DNA of 64,000 bases, from positions 1,302 to 65,301 of the forward strand of contig JAYGCM010000018.1 in the NCBI GenBank assembly GCA_046583355.1, in the 5' to 3' direction. Source of the DNA: Deltaproteobacteria bacterium. GTDB taxonomy: Bacteria > Desulfobacterota > Binatia > UBA12015. Of this stretch, positions 1-9,714 are shown piece by piece; the stretch's first letter is position 1; every line of letters begins with the position of its first letter. Position numbers and translations under genes: made by a program. The notes beneath the pieces were generated by a model. The model had not been told where the DNA came from. It saw only the letters and a program-made list of their open reading frames with translations, and did no database searches.

Positions 1-31
1 GCTCGGGGGGTGGGGGTGTTAGGCAGCGGGG

Positions 32-823
32 ATGGACGCTGCGGTATTGTTGGATGTCGAGGATCGGATTGCCACGCTTACGCTGAACCGGCCGGAGAAC
101 CGGAACAGTATGACGCCGGATGTGCTGGAGGCATTGGCGGCGGCCGTAGTGCGGGTGCGCGCGGACGCTGAGGTCCGGTGTCTGATCGTGACCGGCAAGG
201 GCAAGAGCTTCTGTGCCGGTGCGGACTTCAAATCAGCGGGCGGCGCCTGGGATGGCGAGGGCGAGTTCAAGGCGCGCCACGAGCGCTCGCTGGAGATGTA
301 CCAGCCCTTCCTCTCGCTGCTCGATGTCGAGGTTCCGGTGATTGCGGCGATGCAGGGCCACGCAATTGGTGGCGGGTTGGGATTGGCCGTTGTTTGTGAT
401 CTGCGCGTAGCGGCGGAAGAATCGAAGTACGGGGCCAATTTCGTGCAGCTTGGGTTGCATCCGGGGATGGCGACGACCTGGCTACTACCGCGCCTGATGG
501 GCGTGCCGCGCGCGATCGAGTTTCTTCTCACCGGTCGCATCGTCACCGGGCGCGAGGCCGCCGATGCCGGATTGGTGAATTATGCTGTGCCGGCCGACCA
601 GGTTCTCGCCAAGGCGCGGGAACTGGCAAGCGAAATCGCGACCGCCGCACCTCTGGCAGTGCGGTGGACGAAGCAGACCATTTACCAGGGGCTCAGCTGG
701 GACCCGAAGACGGCGGCGCGCTACGAGGCGCATGCGCAATCGCGCACATTTGAGACTGAGGATTTCCGCGAGGGCGTCGCTGCCCTGCTCGCAAAGCGCA
801 AACCCGAATTCAAAGGTCGCTGA
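32..823 (+). CDS. enoyl-CoA hydratase/isomerase (crotonase family)
   Basis: 263 aa; crotonase fold motifs (LTLNRPENRNSM, FCAGADFK, AIGGGLGLA). Confidence 0.85.
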   Translation: MDAAVLLDVEDRIATLTLNRPENRNSMTPDVLEALAAAVVRVRADAEVRCLIVTGKGKSFCAGADFKSAGGAWDGEGEFKARHERSLEMYQPFLSLLDVEVPVIAAMQGHAIGGGLGLAVVCDLRVAAEESKYGANFVQLGLHPGMATTWLLPRLMGVPRAIEFLLTGRIVTGREAADAGLVNYAVPADQVLAKARELASEIATAAPLAVRWTKQTIYQGLSWDPKTAARYEAHAQSRTFETEDFREGVAALLAKRKPEFKGR

Positions 824-1070
824 GGTCTGCAAGCGGCGCGCCGGGCAGGGGCGCGAGGTAGCCCATCTCCGGGAACTCATCGGCCAGCATGATGCGCGAG
901 CCGCCAATTTGGATTTCGGCGTGCATTACCTTGCCGTCGGCCGCGGCCGCGCGGAAAAGCGCGGTGGCCGAGAAGGCTCTTTTGTAGAACTCGATTGCCT
1001 CACCCGTATCTTGGCAGATCAGGTGCGGCGTGATGGCATGGTACCCATCGGGAATTACTTTGACACTCAT
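810..1070 (-). CDS. VOC/glyoxalase family protein (PhnB-like)
   Basis: Internal Met MSVKVIPDGYHAITPHL with AAGGA RBS 8 nt upstream; glyoxalase-fold motifs (EAIEFYKRAF, HAEIQIGGSRIMLADEFPE). The longer ORF to 1160 is probably upstream read-through. Confidence 0.7.
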   Translation of the reverse strand: MSVKVIPDGYHAITPHLICQDTGEAIEFYKRAFSATALFRAAAADGKVMHAEIQIGGSRIMLADEFPEMGYLAPLPGAPLADLSDL

Positions 1071-1190
1071 CGTGGGATCCTTCGTGTCCGTCTTCGGGCC
1101 TCTTTTGGACGCTATGCCCGGTGCATCGGCGAGTAGAGAAATTCGCTGCCCGGATCGCAACCGCGGGCGCGATCATTTACAAGGCCGTAG

Positions 1191-1967
1191 ATGCGCATCG
1201 CCACCTGGAATATCAACGGCATGAAGGCCCGGCTTCCCTTTCTCCTGCACTGGCTTGAGGCTCGCCAGCCTGATCTCGTCGGTCTGCAAGAGCTCAAGAT
1301 GATCGACGAGGTGTTTCCCCATGAAGCCCTGGCGGAGGTTGGCTATAGCGCCGTCACACACGGGCAGAAGGCGTGGAATGGCGTCGCGGTTCTGACTCGG
1401 GGCGAGAAGGCCGAGGTTCTCCAATGCGGGCTGCCCGGGCAGGAAGAGATGGGCGCACGCCTGCTGGCCGTGCGCGCCGAGGCGATCCAATTTCTGACCG
1501 TTTATGTGCCCAACGGCAAGACCCTTGAGCATGACGATTATGGTCGCAAGCTTGCCTGGTACGATGCTTTCTTGGCCTATCTCGAACGTGAATTTTCCCC
1601 GGATGATCCGCTCGTGCTCTGCGGTGATTTCAACGTCTGCCCCACAGCGCTCGACTCCCACGCAGGCGCGGCGGCCGAGGGCGAGATTTTCCATACCGAG
1701 GCCGAGCGGGCGCGCGTGCAGCGCCTCCTCGATTGGGGTCTGGTCGACCTCTTTCGCGCGAGCAAGCCCGAGGAAAAAACTTTTTCCTGGTGGGATTACC
1801 GCGGCGGCTCTTTTTACAGGAACAAGGGCCTGCGGATAGATTTCCTCCTTGCCACCGAGGCCGTGCGTGCGCGCGCCGGCGAGGTCGTGACCGACCGCGA
1901 CTATCGCAAGAAAAAAGACGAACTCTCGGCCTCGGACCATGCGCCCGTGATGGCAGAACTGGCATGA
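1191..1967 (+). CDS. xthA: exodeoxyribonuclease III
   Basis: MRIATWNINGMKAR..., LCGDFNVCP, SDHAP motifs of the ExoIII/APE1 family; 258 aa. Confidence 0.9.
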   Translation: MRIATWNINGMKARLPFLLHWLEARQPDLVGLQELKMIDEVFPHEALAEVGYSAVTHGQKAWNGVAVLTRGEKAEVLQCGLPGQEEMGARLLAVRAEAIQFLTVYVPNGKTLEHDDYGRKLAWYDAFLAYLEREFSPDDPLVLCGDFNVCPTALDSHAGAAAEGEIFHTEAERARVQRLLDWGLVDLFRASKPEEKTFSWWDYRGGSFYRNKGLRIDFLLATEAVRARAGEVVTDRDYRKKKDELSASDHAPVMAELA

Positions 1968-3232
1968 GGAGTGTCATCCTCGCCAGCGCCTCGCCGCGCC
2001 GCCAGGATATGCTGGCGCGCATCACCTGGCCCTATGCGATTGCGCCGGCCGATATAGACGAGACGCAGCTGGCCGGTGAGGCGGCCGAAGCCTATGTGCG
2101 ACGACTGGCGTGCGCCAAGGCCTGCGCGATCAGTCGCGAGCGCCCGCAGGCGGCGGTGCTCGGTTCCGATACGATCGTTGTTCTGGACGGCAAGCTTCTC
2201 GGTAAGCCGGCCAACGAGGAAGAGGCTTTGGCCATGGTCGGCAGCCTATGCGGCCGCACGCATCAGGTGCTTACGGGGATTGCCTGGGCGGTGGGCGGGG
2301 AGGTGCGCGAAGCACAGGTGGTCACAAGTCGCGTGCGCCTGCGCGATGTCAGCGAGGCCGAATTGCGCGCCTATATCGCCACCGGCGAATGCATGGACAA
2401 AGCAGGTGGCTATGCGATCCAAGGCAAGGCCGGCTCGTTTGTATCGGGTGTTGAGGGGTCGGTCACGAATGTCATCGGGCTGCCGCTGGCGGAGACCGAG
2501 GCGCTGGCCCGAGCCATTGGTGTCGCGGCGCTCGCTGGGCCGCTGCCGCCCGACGCAGTAGAGCGCCGTTTTGCTGCGGTCGCGAGCGAGGTCCAGGCGC
2601 TTGCCGTGGCAAGCGGACGGCCGCCCGACTCGGCGCGTCTGCTGACGGTCGTAAAAGGTCTGCCGGTGGAGCTGGCCGAGGCTGCGGTACGCGCTGGCGC
2701 GCGTGATCTCGGAGAGAATTATGTTCAGGAAGCCGCGCGCAAGCGCGAGCGTATCGGCGCTGGGGTAAATTGGCATCTGATCGGGCCCCTCCAGAGCAAT
2801 AAGGCAAAGCTCGCGGCCGGCGTTTTTGATTGTGTTCAGACGATCGCCAAGGCCTCTACCGCACGAGCCTTGGCGCGGCGGGCCACAGGGGAGATGCGGA
2901 TTCTCCTTCAAGTGAATGTGAGCCGCGACGCCGCCAAGAGTGGTGTTGTACCCGAGGGCCTGGCCGCACTCGCCGAAGAGTTGCGCGACGAGCCGAACCT
3001 GCGCGTCGAGGGCCTCATGACGATCGGGCGTGCGGGCGTGACGCGCGCCGAGACGCGGAAGACTTTCGCCGAGTTACACGAGCGCCTCTGCGACCTGCGT
3101 GCCCGCGAACTTCTGGCCGGCGAGGAATTGTCGATGGGCATGAGTGCTGATTATGATCTGGCGATCGCGGAGGGGGCGACCCAAGTGCGTCTGGGCACCG
3201 CCGTTCTCGGGCCGCGTCCGGCTGTGGCATAG
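1964..3232 (+). CDS. Maf-like nucleotide pyrophosphatase fused in-frame to YggS-family PLP-binding protein
   Basis: ATG at 1964 overlaps the xthA stop (ATGA). Residues 1-190 are Maf (ILASASPRRQ, VLGSDTIVVLDGK, GLPL). Residues ~215-422 are YggS (LGENYVQE, WHLIGPLQSNK, LSMGMSADY, VRLGTAVLG). No stop codon lies between them. Confidence 0.8.
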   Translation: MRSVILASASPRRQDMLARITWPYAIAPADIDETQLAGEAAEAYVRRLACAKACAISRERPQAAVLGSDTIVVLDGKLLGKPANEEEALAMVGSLCGRTHQVLTGIAWAVGGEVREAQVVTSRVRLRDVSEAELRAYIATGECMDKAGGYAIQGKAGSFVSGVEGSVTNVIGLPLAETEALARAIGVAALAGPLPPDAVERRFAAVASEVQALAVASGRPPDSARLLTVVKGLPVELAEAAVRAGARDLGENYVQEAARKRERIGAGVNWHLIGPLQSNKAKLAAGVFDCVQTIAKASTARALARRATGEMRILLQVNVSRDAAKSGVVPEGLAALAEELRDEPNLRVEGLMTIGRAGVTRAETRKTFAELHERLCDLRARELLAGEELSMGMSADYDLAIAEGATQVRLGTAVLGPRPAVA

Positions 3233-3240
3233 GAGAGACC

Positions 3241-4047
3241 ATGAAGACGATCGGATTCGCAGGTGCGGGAAATATGGCATGTGCGCTCGGCGGCGGAATT
3301 CTCGCCTCGCCTGGTGCCGCGTTCGAGGTGTTGGCGAGCGACCCAAGCGAGGCCGCACGCGCGCGCTTTGCGCAGGAGACCGGCGGCCGCACGATAGACG
3401 ACCTCGCAGGCTTGGCTGCGGCAGCCGACGTGCTCGTGCTCGCCGTCAAGCCGCAGATCATGCCGCTCGTGCTTGGCGACTTGGCGCCGCACCTGCGCGC
3501 CGATACCATCGTCGTCTCGATCGCAGCTGGCGTCACCCTGGCGACTCTGGCCCAGGCTTTGGGTAGCGATACGCGGCTCGTGCGCGCCATGCCGAATACG
3601 CCTGCTCTCGTGCGCCGCGGCATGACGGTCCTGGTACGCGGCGGTGGTGCCGAGGCCGCCGATCTCAAGCTGGTCGAGGAGTTGCTCGCCGGCGTTGGCC
3701 GCGTGCTTTCAGTCGAAGACGAGAGTCTGCTCGATGCCGTGACGGCCGTCAGTGGCAGCGGCCCGGGCTTTGTCTTCGCCTATGGCGAGGCGATGATCGA
3801 GGCGGCCGTAGCTGCGGGGTTGCCTGCCGCTATGGCGACCATTCTGGTGCAGGAGACGCTGGCGGGTGCCGCGGAACTGTGGTGCTCCTCGGGTGAGGAG
3901 GCGGCGACTCTGCGCCAGCAGGTGACCTCGAAGGGCGGCACGACCGCCGCCGGGCTGGAGGCTTTGGCTGCCGCAGGCTTTGCTGCGAGTATCCGTGCGG
4001 CGGTCGAGGCGGCGACACGGCGCTCGCGCGCGTTGTCGGCCGGTTGA
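3241..4047 (+). CDS. proC: pyrroline-5-carboxylate reductase
   Basis: IGFAGAGNMA Rossmann motif, AVKPQ, RAMPNTPALV motifs; 268 aa; conserved position after yggS. Confidence 0.9.
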   Translation: MKTIGFAGAGNMACALGGGILASPGAAFEVLASDPSEAARARFAQETGGRTIDDLAGLAAAADVLVLAVKPQIMPLVLGDLAPHLRADTIVVSIAAGVTLATLAQALGSDTRLVRAMPNTPALVRRGMTVLVRGGGAEAADLKLVEELLAGVGRVLSVEDESLLDAVTAVSGSGPGFVFAYGEAMIEAAVAAGLPAAMATILVQETLAGAAELWCSSGEEAATLRQQVTSKGGTTAAGLEALAAAGFAASIRAAVEAATRRSRALSAG

Positions 4048-4066
4048 GTTTTCAAGGGAGAAGGCG

Positions 4067-4393
4067 ATGTTCGTGTTCGGAAATTTTCTGCAAGCAACGG
4101 CCGCGGTGCTCGATGCCGTGCTCAATATCTATTGGTGGATCATCATTGCGTCGGTGGTGGTGAGTTGGGTCGGTGCGGACCCCTATAACCCGATCATCCG
4201 CTTCCTACGCAGCGCAACCGAGCCACTTTTTTACCGCCTGCGCTCGGCCTTGCCGCTGGTTTTCGGCGGCATTGACTTCGCGCCGTTGGTGGTACTGCTG
4301 CTGATTCAGTTCCTGCGGATCTTTATTGTCGGCACATTATATGAAGCGTCCGTCGGCATGGGTGGACAAAAGAGCACTGGATTCTTACCCTAG
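4067..4393 (+). CDS. YggT family membrane protein
   Basis: Internal ATG at 4067 preceded by AGGGAGAAGG RBS. Hydrophobic ~108-aa protein with YggT-like motifs; conserved yggS-proC-yggT synteny. Confidence 0.8.
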   Translation: MFVFGNFLQATAAVLDAVLNIYWWIIIASVVVSWVGADPYNPIIRFLRSATEPLFYRLRSALPLVFGGIDFAPLVVLLLIQFLRIFIVGTLYEASVGMGGQKSTGFLP

Positions 4394-4432
4394 GGCAGGC
4401 TTGCCGCACGCGGGGAGTCGGGAGTATCGGCC

Positions 4433-4753
4433 ATGCCCATCTACGAATACGAATGCAGCAAATGTGGCGTCTTTGACGAGATGCAGAAGATCACCGCCAA
4501 GCCTCGGACGAAATGCCCGACCTGCAAGCGCAAGGTGAAGAAGCTGATGTCGAGTACGGCTTTCCAGCTCAAGGGCTCGGGCTGGTACGTGACCGATTAC
4601 GGCAAGGCCGGCCAGAAGCCCAAAGAAGGCAGTGGCGACTCTGCATCGTCTTCCTCCTCCTCCGCAGGCGAAGGCAAGAACTCCGCCGCAAGCTCGGACA
4701 AGAAGAAGTCGAGCGAGAAGAAGAAAAAGCCCGCGAAAAAAGACGCCGCGTAG
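4433..4753 (+). CDS. FmdB family zinc-ribbon protein with K/S-rich tail
   Basis: N-terminus MPIYEYECSKCG...CPTCKRK (two CxxC pairs) typical of FmdB. C-terminal low-complexity S/K-rich tail. Confidence 0.75.
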   Translation: MPIYEYECSKCGVFDEMQKITAKPRTKCPTCKRKVKKLMSSTAFQLKGSGWYVTDYGKAGQKPKEGSGDSASSSSSSAGEGKNSAASSDKKKSSEKKKKPAKKDAA

Positions 4754-5004
4754 GCCGGGGTTTCCCGTCAGCAGGTCGGCGCGGGTTTCCACGCCGGCAA
4801 GCACCACGGCGCGCGCTCGCCGCATCCTCGACTCACTGGTTCCCAGCGGCGTGGCAGCTCATCCGAATCCCGTTCGGTAGCATTTGACGATTCTTCGTGA
4901 CCGCGCCAAGGCTCGGTCCGCCCGGTTTGGTGTAGGCGCTGGGTTGGCGGCAAACCCGCCCCCTCGGCCTCGCCTCCGTGAATCGGCTTGCCTCGCACGC
5001 TGGA

Positions 5005-5038
5005 TAAAAAAAGGGCCGCAGTGCGAACACTGCGACCC
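5005..5038 (-). terminator. intrinsic terminator for the phasin gene
   Basis: On the minus-strand RNA: GGGUCGCAGUG-UUCG-CACUGCGGCCC (11-bp stem, one G-U pair, UUCG tetraloop) followed by U7. Lies about 40 nt downstream of the phasin stop. Confidence 0.6.
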
Positions 5039-5074
5039 TCTGCCGCCTGCATTTTCATGCGGGTGGCAATGCGA

Positions 5075-5506
5075 TCAGGCGGCCTTTTGGCTGGTGAGGT
5101 CGTTGACCTTCTTCTCCAGCGCAGAGACTTTTCGCTTCAGCGCATCGAGCTCCTTGTCGGTCGAGAGGCGCAGGCTTTTGGCCAGCTTCTCTACCGTGAC
5201 GAGGAACTCTTTTTGCAGGCTCTCGAGCTGCTTCTCGAAGAACTCAGGGAGCTTGGTCCACTCAGGCCACTCGCCGGTGCGCTCTTCGATGCTGCCGCGA
5301 GCATTGTCGATGTTTTTGCGGACGAGCTTGAGAGTCTTCTCGGTCTGCTCGCGGGCGTCATCGATGGCCTTCTCCGAGCGGGTGCGGACTTCCTCGGCCG
5401 TATCGCGAACGATCTGGCGGGCTTTTTCGTCGAATTCCTTCATCTGCGCGACGGCCTCTTCGAGGGGCGCCCAGGTCTTGGTCTCTTCGTGTGCATTCTC
5501 ACTCAT
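5075..5506 (-). CDS. phasin family protein (PHA granule-associated)
   Basis: Start MSENAHEE preceded by AGGAGG RBS; ~143 aa. Coiled-coil-rich with charged-residue composition similar to the TIGR01837 phasin family. Confidence 0.6.
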   Translation of the reverse strand: MSENAHEETKTWAPLEEAVAQMKEFDEKARQIVRDTAEEVRTRSEKAIDDAREQTEKTLKLVRKNIDNARGSIEERTGEWPEWTKLPEFFEKQLESLQKEFLVTVEKLAKSLRLSTDKELDALKRKVSALEKKVNDLTSQKAA

Positions 5507-5633
5507 GATGATCCTCCTGTTGGGACAAACATAACACGGTGCGTCATAGTGGCAAGGGGGGGAGAATGGATATTTTTCTCCGCGCGAGCGCTGGTTCAAA
5601 TCACGTAAATTTGCTAGGAAATCCGGGCATCTC

Positions 5634-7373
5634 ATGCGAGCTACACGCTTTTTGCCTTGGTTTGGTCTGGTCGCTCTCCTGGCGCTCTTCTTCAGCCGGA
5701 TCGCGGGTTTCCCCCTACAAGACCCCGATGAGGGGCGTTACGCCGCCATCCCTCTGGCCATGCTGGCCCAGGGCGATTGGCTCACGCCCATGTTGGCGGG
5801 CATTCCTTATTTCGAGAAGCCGCCGCTTTTCTATTGGTTGATCGCGGCTTCTTTTGAACTCTTCGGGCCTTCGGCCTTCGCCGCACGCTTCGTCTCGGCG
5901 CTGGCAGCACTTGCGACGGTCGCGATGACCTATGCCTTCGCCCGTCATGTTTTCGGGCGACGTGCCGCATTACTCGCGGCGGGCATGCTCGCCACGGCAC
6001 CGCTGTTCTTCTTCCTCTCGCAGGCAGCTGTGATCGATATGCTGCTGACCGCCTGTTTCACCGCAACGATGCTCGCCTTCTTCCTCGCCTGCGAGGCCGA
6101 GGAAAAAGGACGCTGGATCGCCGTTGTCTGTGTAGCTGCGGCGCTCGGCTTATTAGCCAAGGGGCTCGTGGCATTGGCGCTGCCGGGGGCGATCGCGCTT
6201 CTTCTGCTCTTGCTGCGCCGCGACCTGGGAACCTTGCGGGCGCTGCTGCGGCCTTGGCCGATTCTACTTTTCCTTGCCGTCGGTGCGCCTTGGTTTATCT
6301 GGATCAGCATCGAGCACCCGGCCTTCCCGGATTATTTTTTCATCCAACAACATTTCAATCGCTTCCTCGATGCCGGTGCGCACGACCTACCGCACGTCGA
6401 GGGGCGCTTTTTCTATATCCCCGTGATTCTCGGTGCGGCACTTCCGTGGTCACTGGTGCCTTTGCTGCTCGTATTACGGGAGCGCGGGCGTGGTGCCTTC
6501 TCGTTGCTACGCCGCGACCTGCTGCTCTTCCTGGGCGTCTGGGCACTCGGCGTCGTCGGGTTCTTCTCGCTCTCAAGCTCCAAATTGGCACCCTATATTC
6601 TGCCCGCCTTCCCGCCAATCGCGCTCGCGGTGGGCGCCTGGCTGGATGCAGCATTGGACGATGAAGCGGCCTTTGATCCTCTGGGGCGTAGCCTTTGGCT
6701 TGGCGTGCTCGGCCTGGGAATCGTATTGGCGCCGGTGGGCGTGGTGGCGTCGGTCTTCGCGCAGCCTCTGGCCGAAGCCTTCCCGACCGACGCAGAGGAC
6801 CTGCGTGCCGTAGGCGGTGGCGTGCTCTGGGCGGGACTCGCCCTTCTCGGTGGCGGGCTACTCTGGCGACGACTGGCCGGGGCGGGGCGCTTGCTGCCCG
6901 TGGATGCCTTCTTGCTGCTGGTGCTTACGCTGGGAGCAACCGAGGTTGGCGCGATGGGCGCGAGGGCGGTTGCCAAATCCGGCATCTACGCCGCGCGCGT
7001 GATCAACGCCGAGGCCGGCCCGGACGACCGCATCGTGCTCTACCATCAGCTGAGCCCGTCGCTGCTCTTCTACTCGGCGCGGCGCGTGGTGCATGTGGAG
7101 GATTTCGGCGAAATCACCGAGTTGGTCGCGATGCTCCCCGAGTCGGAGCGTGAAGAATGGTTCTGGGAAGACGACGAGCAGCTTTTGCGCGAATGGAACT
7201 CCGAGAAGCGGGTCTTCCTCTATATAGACCAGCGGCGGCTCGATGCATTGCAGCCGCGTCTCGGACGACCCGCCCGGCTGCTGGCGCAGAACCGCAGGCG
7301 CGTTCTGGTGGACAATCCGGCAGTGTCGGCGGCAGGGCTGCCACCGGCTGCCGTTGGCCCGACCTCCAGATAG
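5634..7373 (+). CDS. glycosyltransferase family 39 (ArnT/PMT-like) membrane protein
   Basis: N-terminal DEGRYAAIPLAM...YFEKPPLFYW motif typical of ArnT/PMT GT-C enzymes. Many TM helices; 579 aa. Confidence 0.8.
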   Translation: MRATRFLPWFGLVALLALFFSRIAGFPLQDPDEGRYAAIPLAMLAQGDWLTPMLAGIPYFEKPPLFYWLIAASFELFGPSAFAARFVSALAALATVAMTYAFARHVFGRRAALLAAGMLATAPLFFFLSQAAVIDMLLTACFTATMLAFFLACEAEEKGRWIAVVCVAAALGLLAKGLVALALPGAIALLLLLLRRDLGTLRALLRPWPILLFLAVGAPWFIWISIEHPAFPDYFFIQQHFNRFLDAGAHDLPHVEGRFFYIPVILGAALPWSLVPLLLVLRERGRGAFSLLRRDLLLFLGVWALGVVGFFSLSSSKLAPYILPAFPPIALAVGAWLDAALDDEAAFDPLGRSLWLGVLGLGIVLAPVGVVASVFAQPLAEAFPTDAEDLRAVGGGVLWAGLALLGGGLLWRRLAGAGRLLPVDAFLLLVLTLGATEVGAMGARAVAKSGIYAARVINAEAGPDDRIVLYHQLSPSLLFYSARRVVHVEDFGEITELVAMLPESEREEWFWEDDEQLLREWNSEKRVFLYIDQRRLDALQPRLGRPARLLAQNRRRVLVDNPAVSAAGLPPAAVGPTSR

Positions 7374-7439
7374 TCATCAAGGCGGATGTGGCGGCATCGC
7401 TGCCGGATCGCTAGGCTTCGGGCGGAGAGAAGCTGAGCT

Positions 7440-8048
7440 ATGGCAACCGAAATTCAAGAGTTTCTGAACCCGGACGGTCGACCGGGGGGATCGGATGCGC
7501 GCGACTCCTTCTTCACCTCACGGTACGAAGACGCGCTCGCGTGGGCGCAGAAGTACGCCATGTTCCAATACCCCTTCGTGACGGCCTGCTGCGGCATGGA
7601 ATATATGTCAGTTACCGGGCCGCGCTACGACACCGACCGCTTCGGCATGACGCTGCCGCGCTTCACGCCGCGCCAATCGGACCTGCTCCTTGTGGTCGGC
7701 ACGATCACGCAGCGCCAGGCGCCGGTTCTGCGTCGTATCTTCGACCAGATGGCCGACCCCAAATGGGTGATGTCCTTCGGCAATTGCACCAATACGGGCG
7801 GGCCCTACAACAACTACGCCGTGGTCCAGGGCATCGACGAAATCATTCCGGTCGATATCTACATTCCCGGCTGTCCGCCGCGTCCAGAGGCCGTGATCGA
7901 CGGCCTGCTGAAGCTGCAGGAGCGGATTCGTCGCGAACGCAAGGGTCAGCCGGTCGAGAATATTCACGGGCGCATCAAGGCGCTTGATTTCCAGGCCGGC
8001 AAGCCGGCGCAGATTCTTCCAGGCACGGTTCCGAACAGCCATGAGTGA
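7440..8048 (+). CDS. nuoB: NADH-quinone oxidoreductase subunit B
   Basis: FVTACCGMEYM, GNCTNTGGPY, IPGCPPRPEA motifs binding cluster N2; 202 aa. Confidence 0.95.
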   Translation: MATEIQEFLNPDGRPGGSDARDSFFTSRYEDALAWAQKYAMFQYPFVTACCGMEYMSVTGPRYDTDRFGMTLPRFTPRQSDLLLVVGTITQRQAPVLRRIFDQMADPKWVMSFGNCTNTGGPYNNYAVVQGIDEIIPVDIYIPGCPPRPEAVIDGLLKLQERIRRERKGQPVENIHGRIKALDFQAGKPAQILPGTVPNSHE

Positions 8049-9714
8049 TGCACCGACGGCTCCGGCCGACGACAATCAAGTCCGCCTGACGATCGACGGC
8101 CAGGAACTCGTCGCCGAGAAGGGGCAGATGCTCCTGCAGGTCGCGCTCGATAACGGCGTCGAGATTCCGCATTATTGCTACCACCCAAAACTTTCGATCG
8201 ACGGAAGCTGTCGGATGTGTCAGGTCCACGTCGAGGGTGGCCGCAAGCTGGCAATCTCGTGCAACGAGCCGGTGCGCGACGGCATGGTTGTCGACACCAA
8301 ATGCGAAGAGGTCGAGCAGGCCCGCAAGGGAGTGCTTGAACTCCTGCTGGTCAACCACCCGCTCGATTGTCCGATTTGCGATCAAGCCGGCGAGTGTTTC
8401 CTGCAAGATTATTCCTTCGGCTATGGGCGCGACCATGCGCGTACCACGGCGCCGCGTCGCAAAGGCGTGAAGCGCGAGCCGATCGGTGAGCATGTGATCT
8501 TTGACCAGGAGCGCTGCATTCTCTGCCGGCGCTGTGTGCGTTTCACCAACGAGATTTCCAAAACCGATGAGTTGCGGGTCTTCGGCATCGGCGACCATTC
8601 CCATATCGGTACGCTGCCCGAAGCACCTCTCAATAACGATTATTCCGTCAACGTGGCCGATGTCTGCCCGGTCGGAGCCTTGCTCTCCAGCGACTTCCAC
8701 CACAAGCGTCGGGTGTGGTTTCTCGAAGATACCGAAAGTGTTTGTCCGAGTTGCTCGAAGGGCTGCAATGTCCAGCTTGGCGTCTTCAAGAACGAGGTCC
8801 AACGCCTCGTGCCGCGGCGCAACGACGAGGTCAACGACACCTGGATGTGTGACCACGGCCGGCTCCGCTACGCCTTCCTGCAAGACGAGACGCGCATCCG
8901 CGCGGCGCGCGCAGCCGAAAATGGCAGCCCTGCCGTTGCAGTATCGCTTGATGATGCGCTCGGACGTGCTGCCGAAGCCCTGAAGGCGGCCAAGGAAAAT
9001 CCGGCGAGTCTCGCGGTGGTCGCCTCGCCGCATCTCACCAACGAAGAAAGCTTCCGCTTCGCGGCCCTTGTGAGCGACACATTGGCAGCCGCACATATGC
9101 TCCTGGCCATTCCCCTTGGCGACTCCGACGACTTCCTGATTCAGGCCGAAAAGGCCGCGAACGGCCGCGGGGCCCGCGAGGTCGGCGCGGCGGTGCGCGG
9201 GCATGATGCCGAGGCCTTGCTGGCCGCCATTGAAAACGGCGAAGTCAAAACACTTTATTGTGTGGGTAGCGAGCTTCTTCAGGCTGCCGATGAGGCGCTG
9301 GTCCTCGCGGCCGTTGCGAAACTCGATATGCTGATTGTGCAGGACTCCAACGAGTCGGCGCTGAGTGCGGCCGCCACTATCGTTCTGCCTGGACTGACCT
9401 TTGCCGAGAAAGACGGCTCGTTCACCAATGGCGAGGGCCGGGTGCAGCGCATCCGTCGCGCCTTGAACGCCCCGGAGGGGTTGCTCAGCGACGGCGAGAT
9501 CTTCGCTGTTCTGGAGGCGCGTATCTCCGGTGCGGCTGAGAATGCTTTTGACGCAGCAAGCACGCTTGAGGCAATTGCCGCCGCGGTTCCGGAATATGCC
9601 GGGATGAGCTTTGCGCGCCTTGGCGACCAGGGCGTGCCGGTAGGCGAGGGCGTCGTCTTGCCTGCGCCGGAGCCCGCCGGGGCAGGCACCGAATCGCCGG
9701 CGGAGGGTGCGTAA
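8041..9714 (+). CDS. nuoG: NADH-quinone oxidoreductase subunit G (short form, 557 aa)
   Basis: ATGAGTGA overlap with the nuoB stop. 2Fe-2S motif (CYHP...CRMCQV), N1b motif (HPLDCPICDQAGEC), CILCRRCVRF, CPVGAL. C-terminal molybdopterin-like domain is shortened. Confidence 0.9.
   Translation: MSDAPTAPADDNQVRLTIDGQELVAEKGQMLLQVALDNGVEIPHYCYHPKLSIDGSCRMCQVHVEGGRKLAISCNEPVRDGMVVDTKCEEVEQARKGVLELLLVNHPLDCPICDQAGECFLQDYSFGYGRDHARTTAPRRKGVKREPIGEHVIFDQERCILCRRCVRFTNEISKTDELRVFGIGDHSHIGTLPEAPLNNDYSVNVADVCPVGALLSSDFHHKRRVWFLEDTESVCPSCSKGCNVQLGVFKNEVQRLVPRRNDEVNDTWMCDHGRLRYAFLQDETRIRAARAAENGSPAVAVSLDDALGRAAEALKAAKENPASLAVVASPHLTNEESFRFAALVSDTLAAAHMLLAIPLGDSDDFLIQAEKAANGRGAREVGAAVRGHDAEALLAAIENGEVKTLYCVGSELLQAADEALVLAAVAKLDMLIVQDSNESALSAAATIVLPGLTFAEKDGSFTNGEGRVQRIRRALNAPEGLLSDGEIFAVLEARISGAAENAFDAASTLEAIAAAVPEYAGMSFARLGDQGVPVGEGVVLPAPEPAGAGTESPAEGA

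Noticed and set aside
4884-5534. 216-aa plus-strand ORF
   Set aside because: Antisense to the phasin gene and its terminator. Low-complexity translation.
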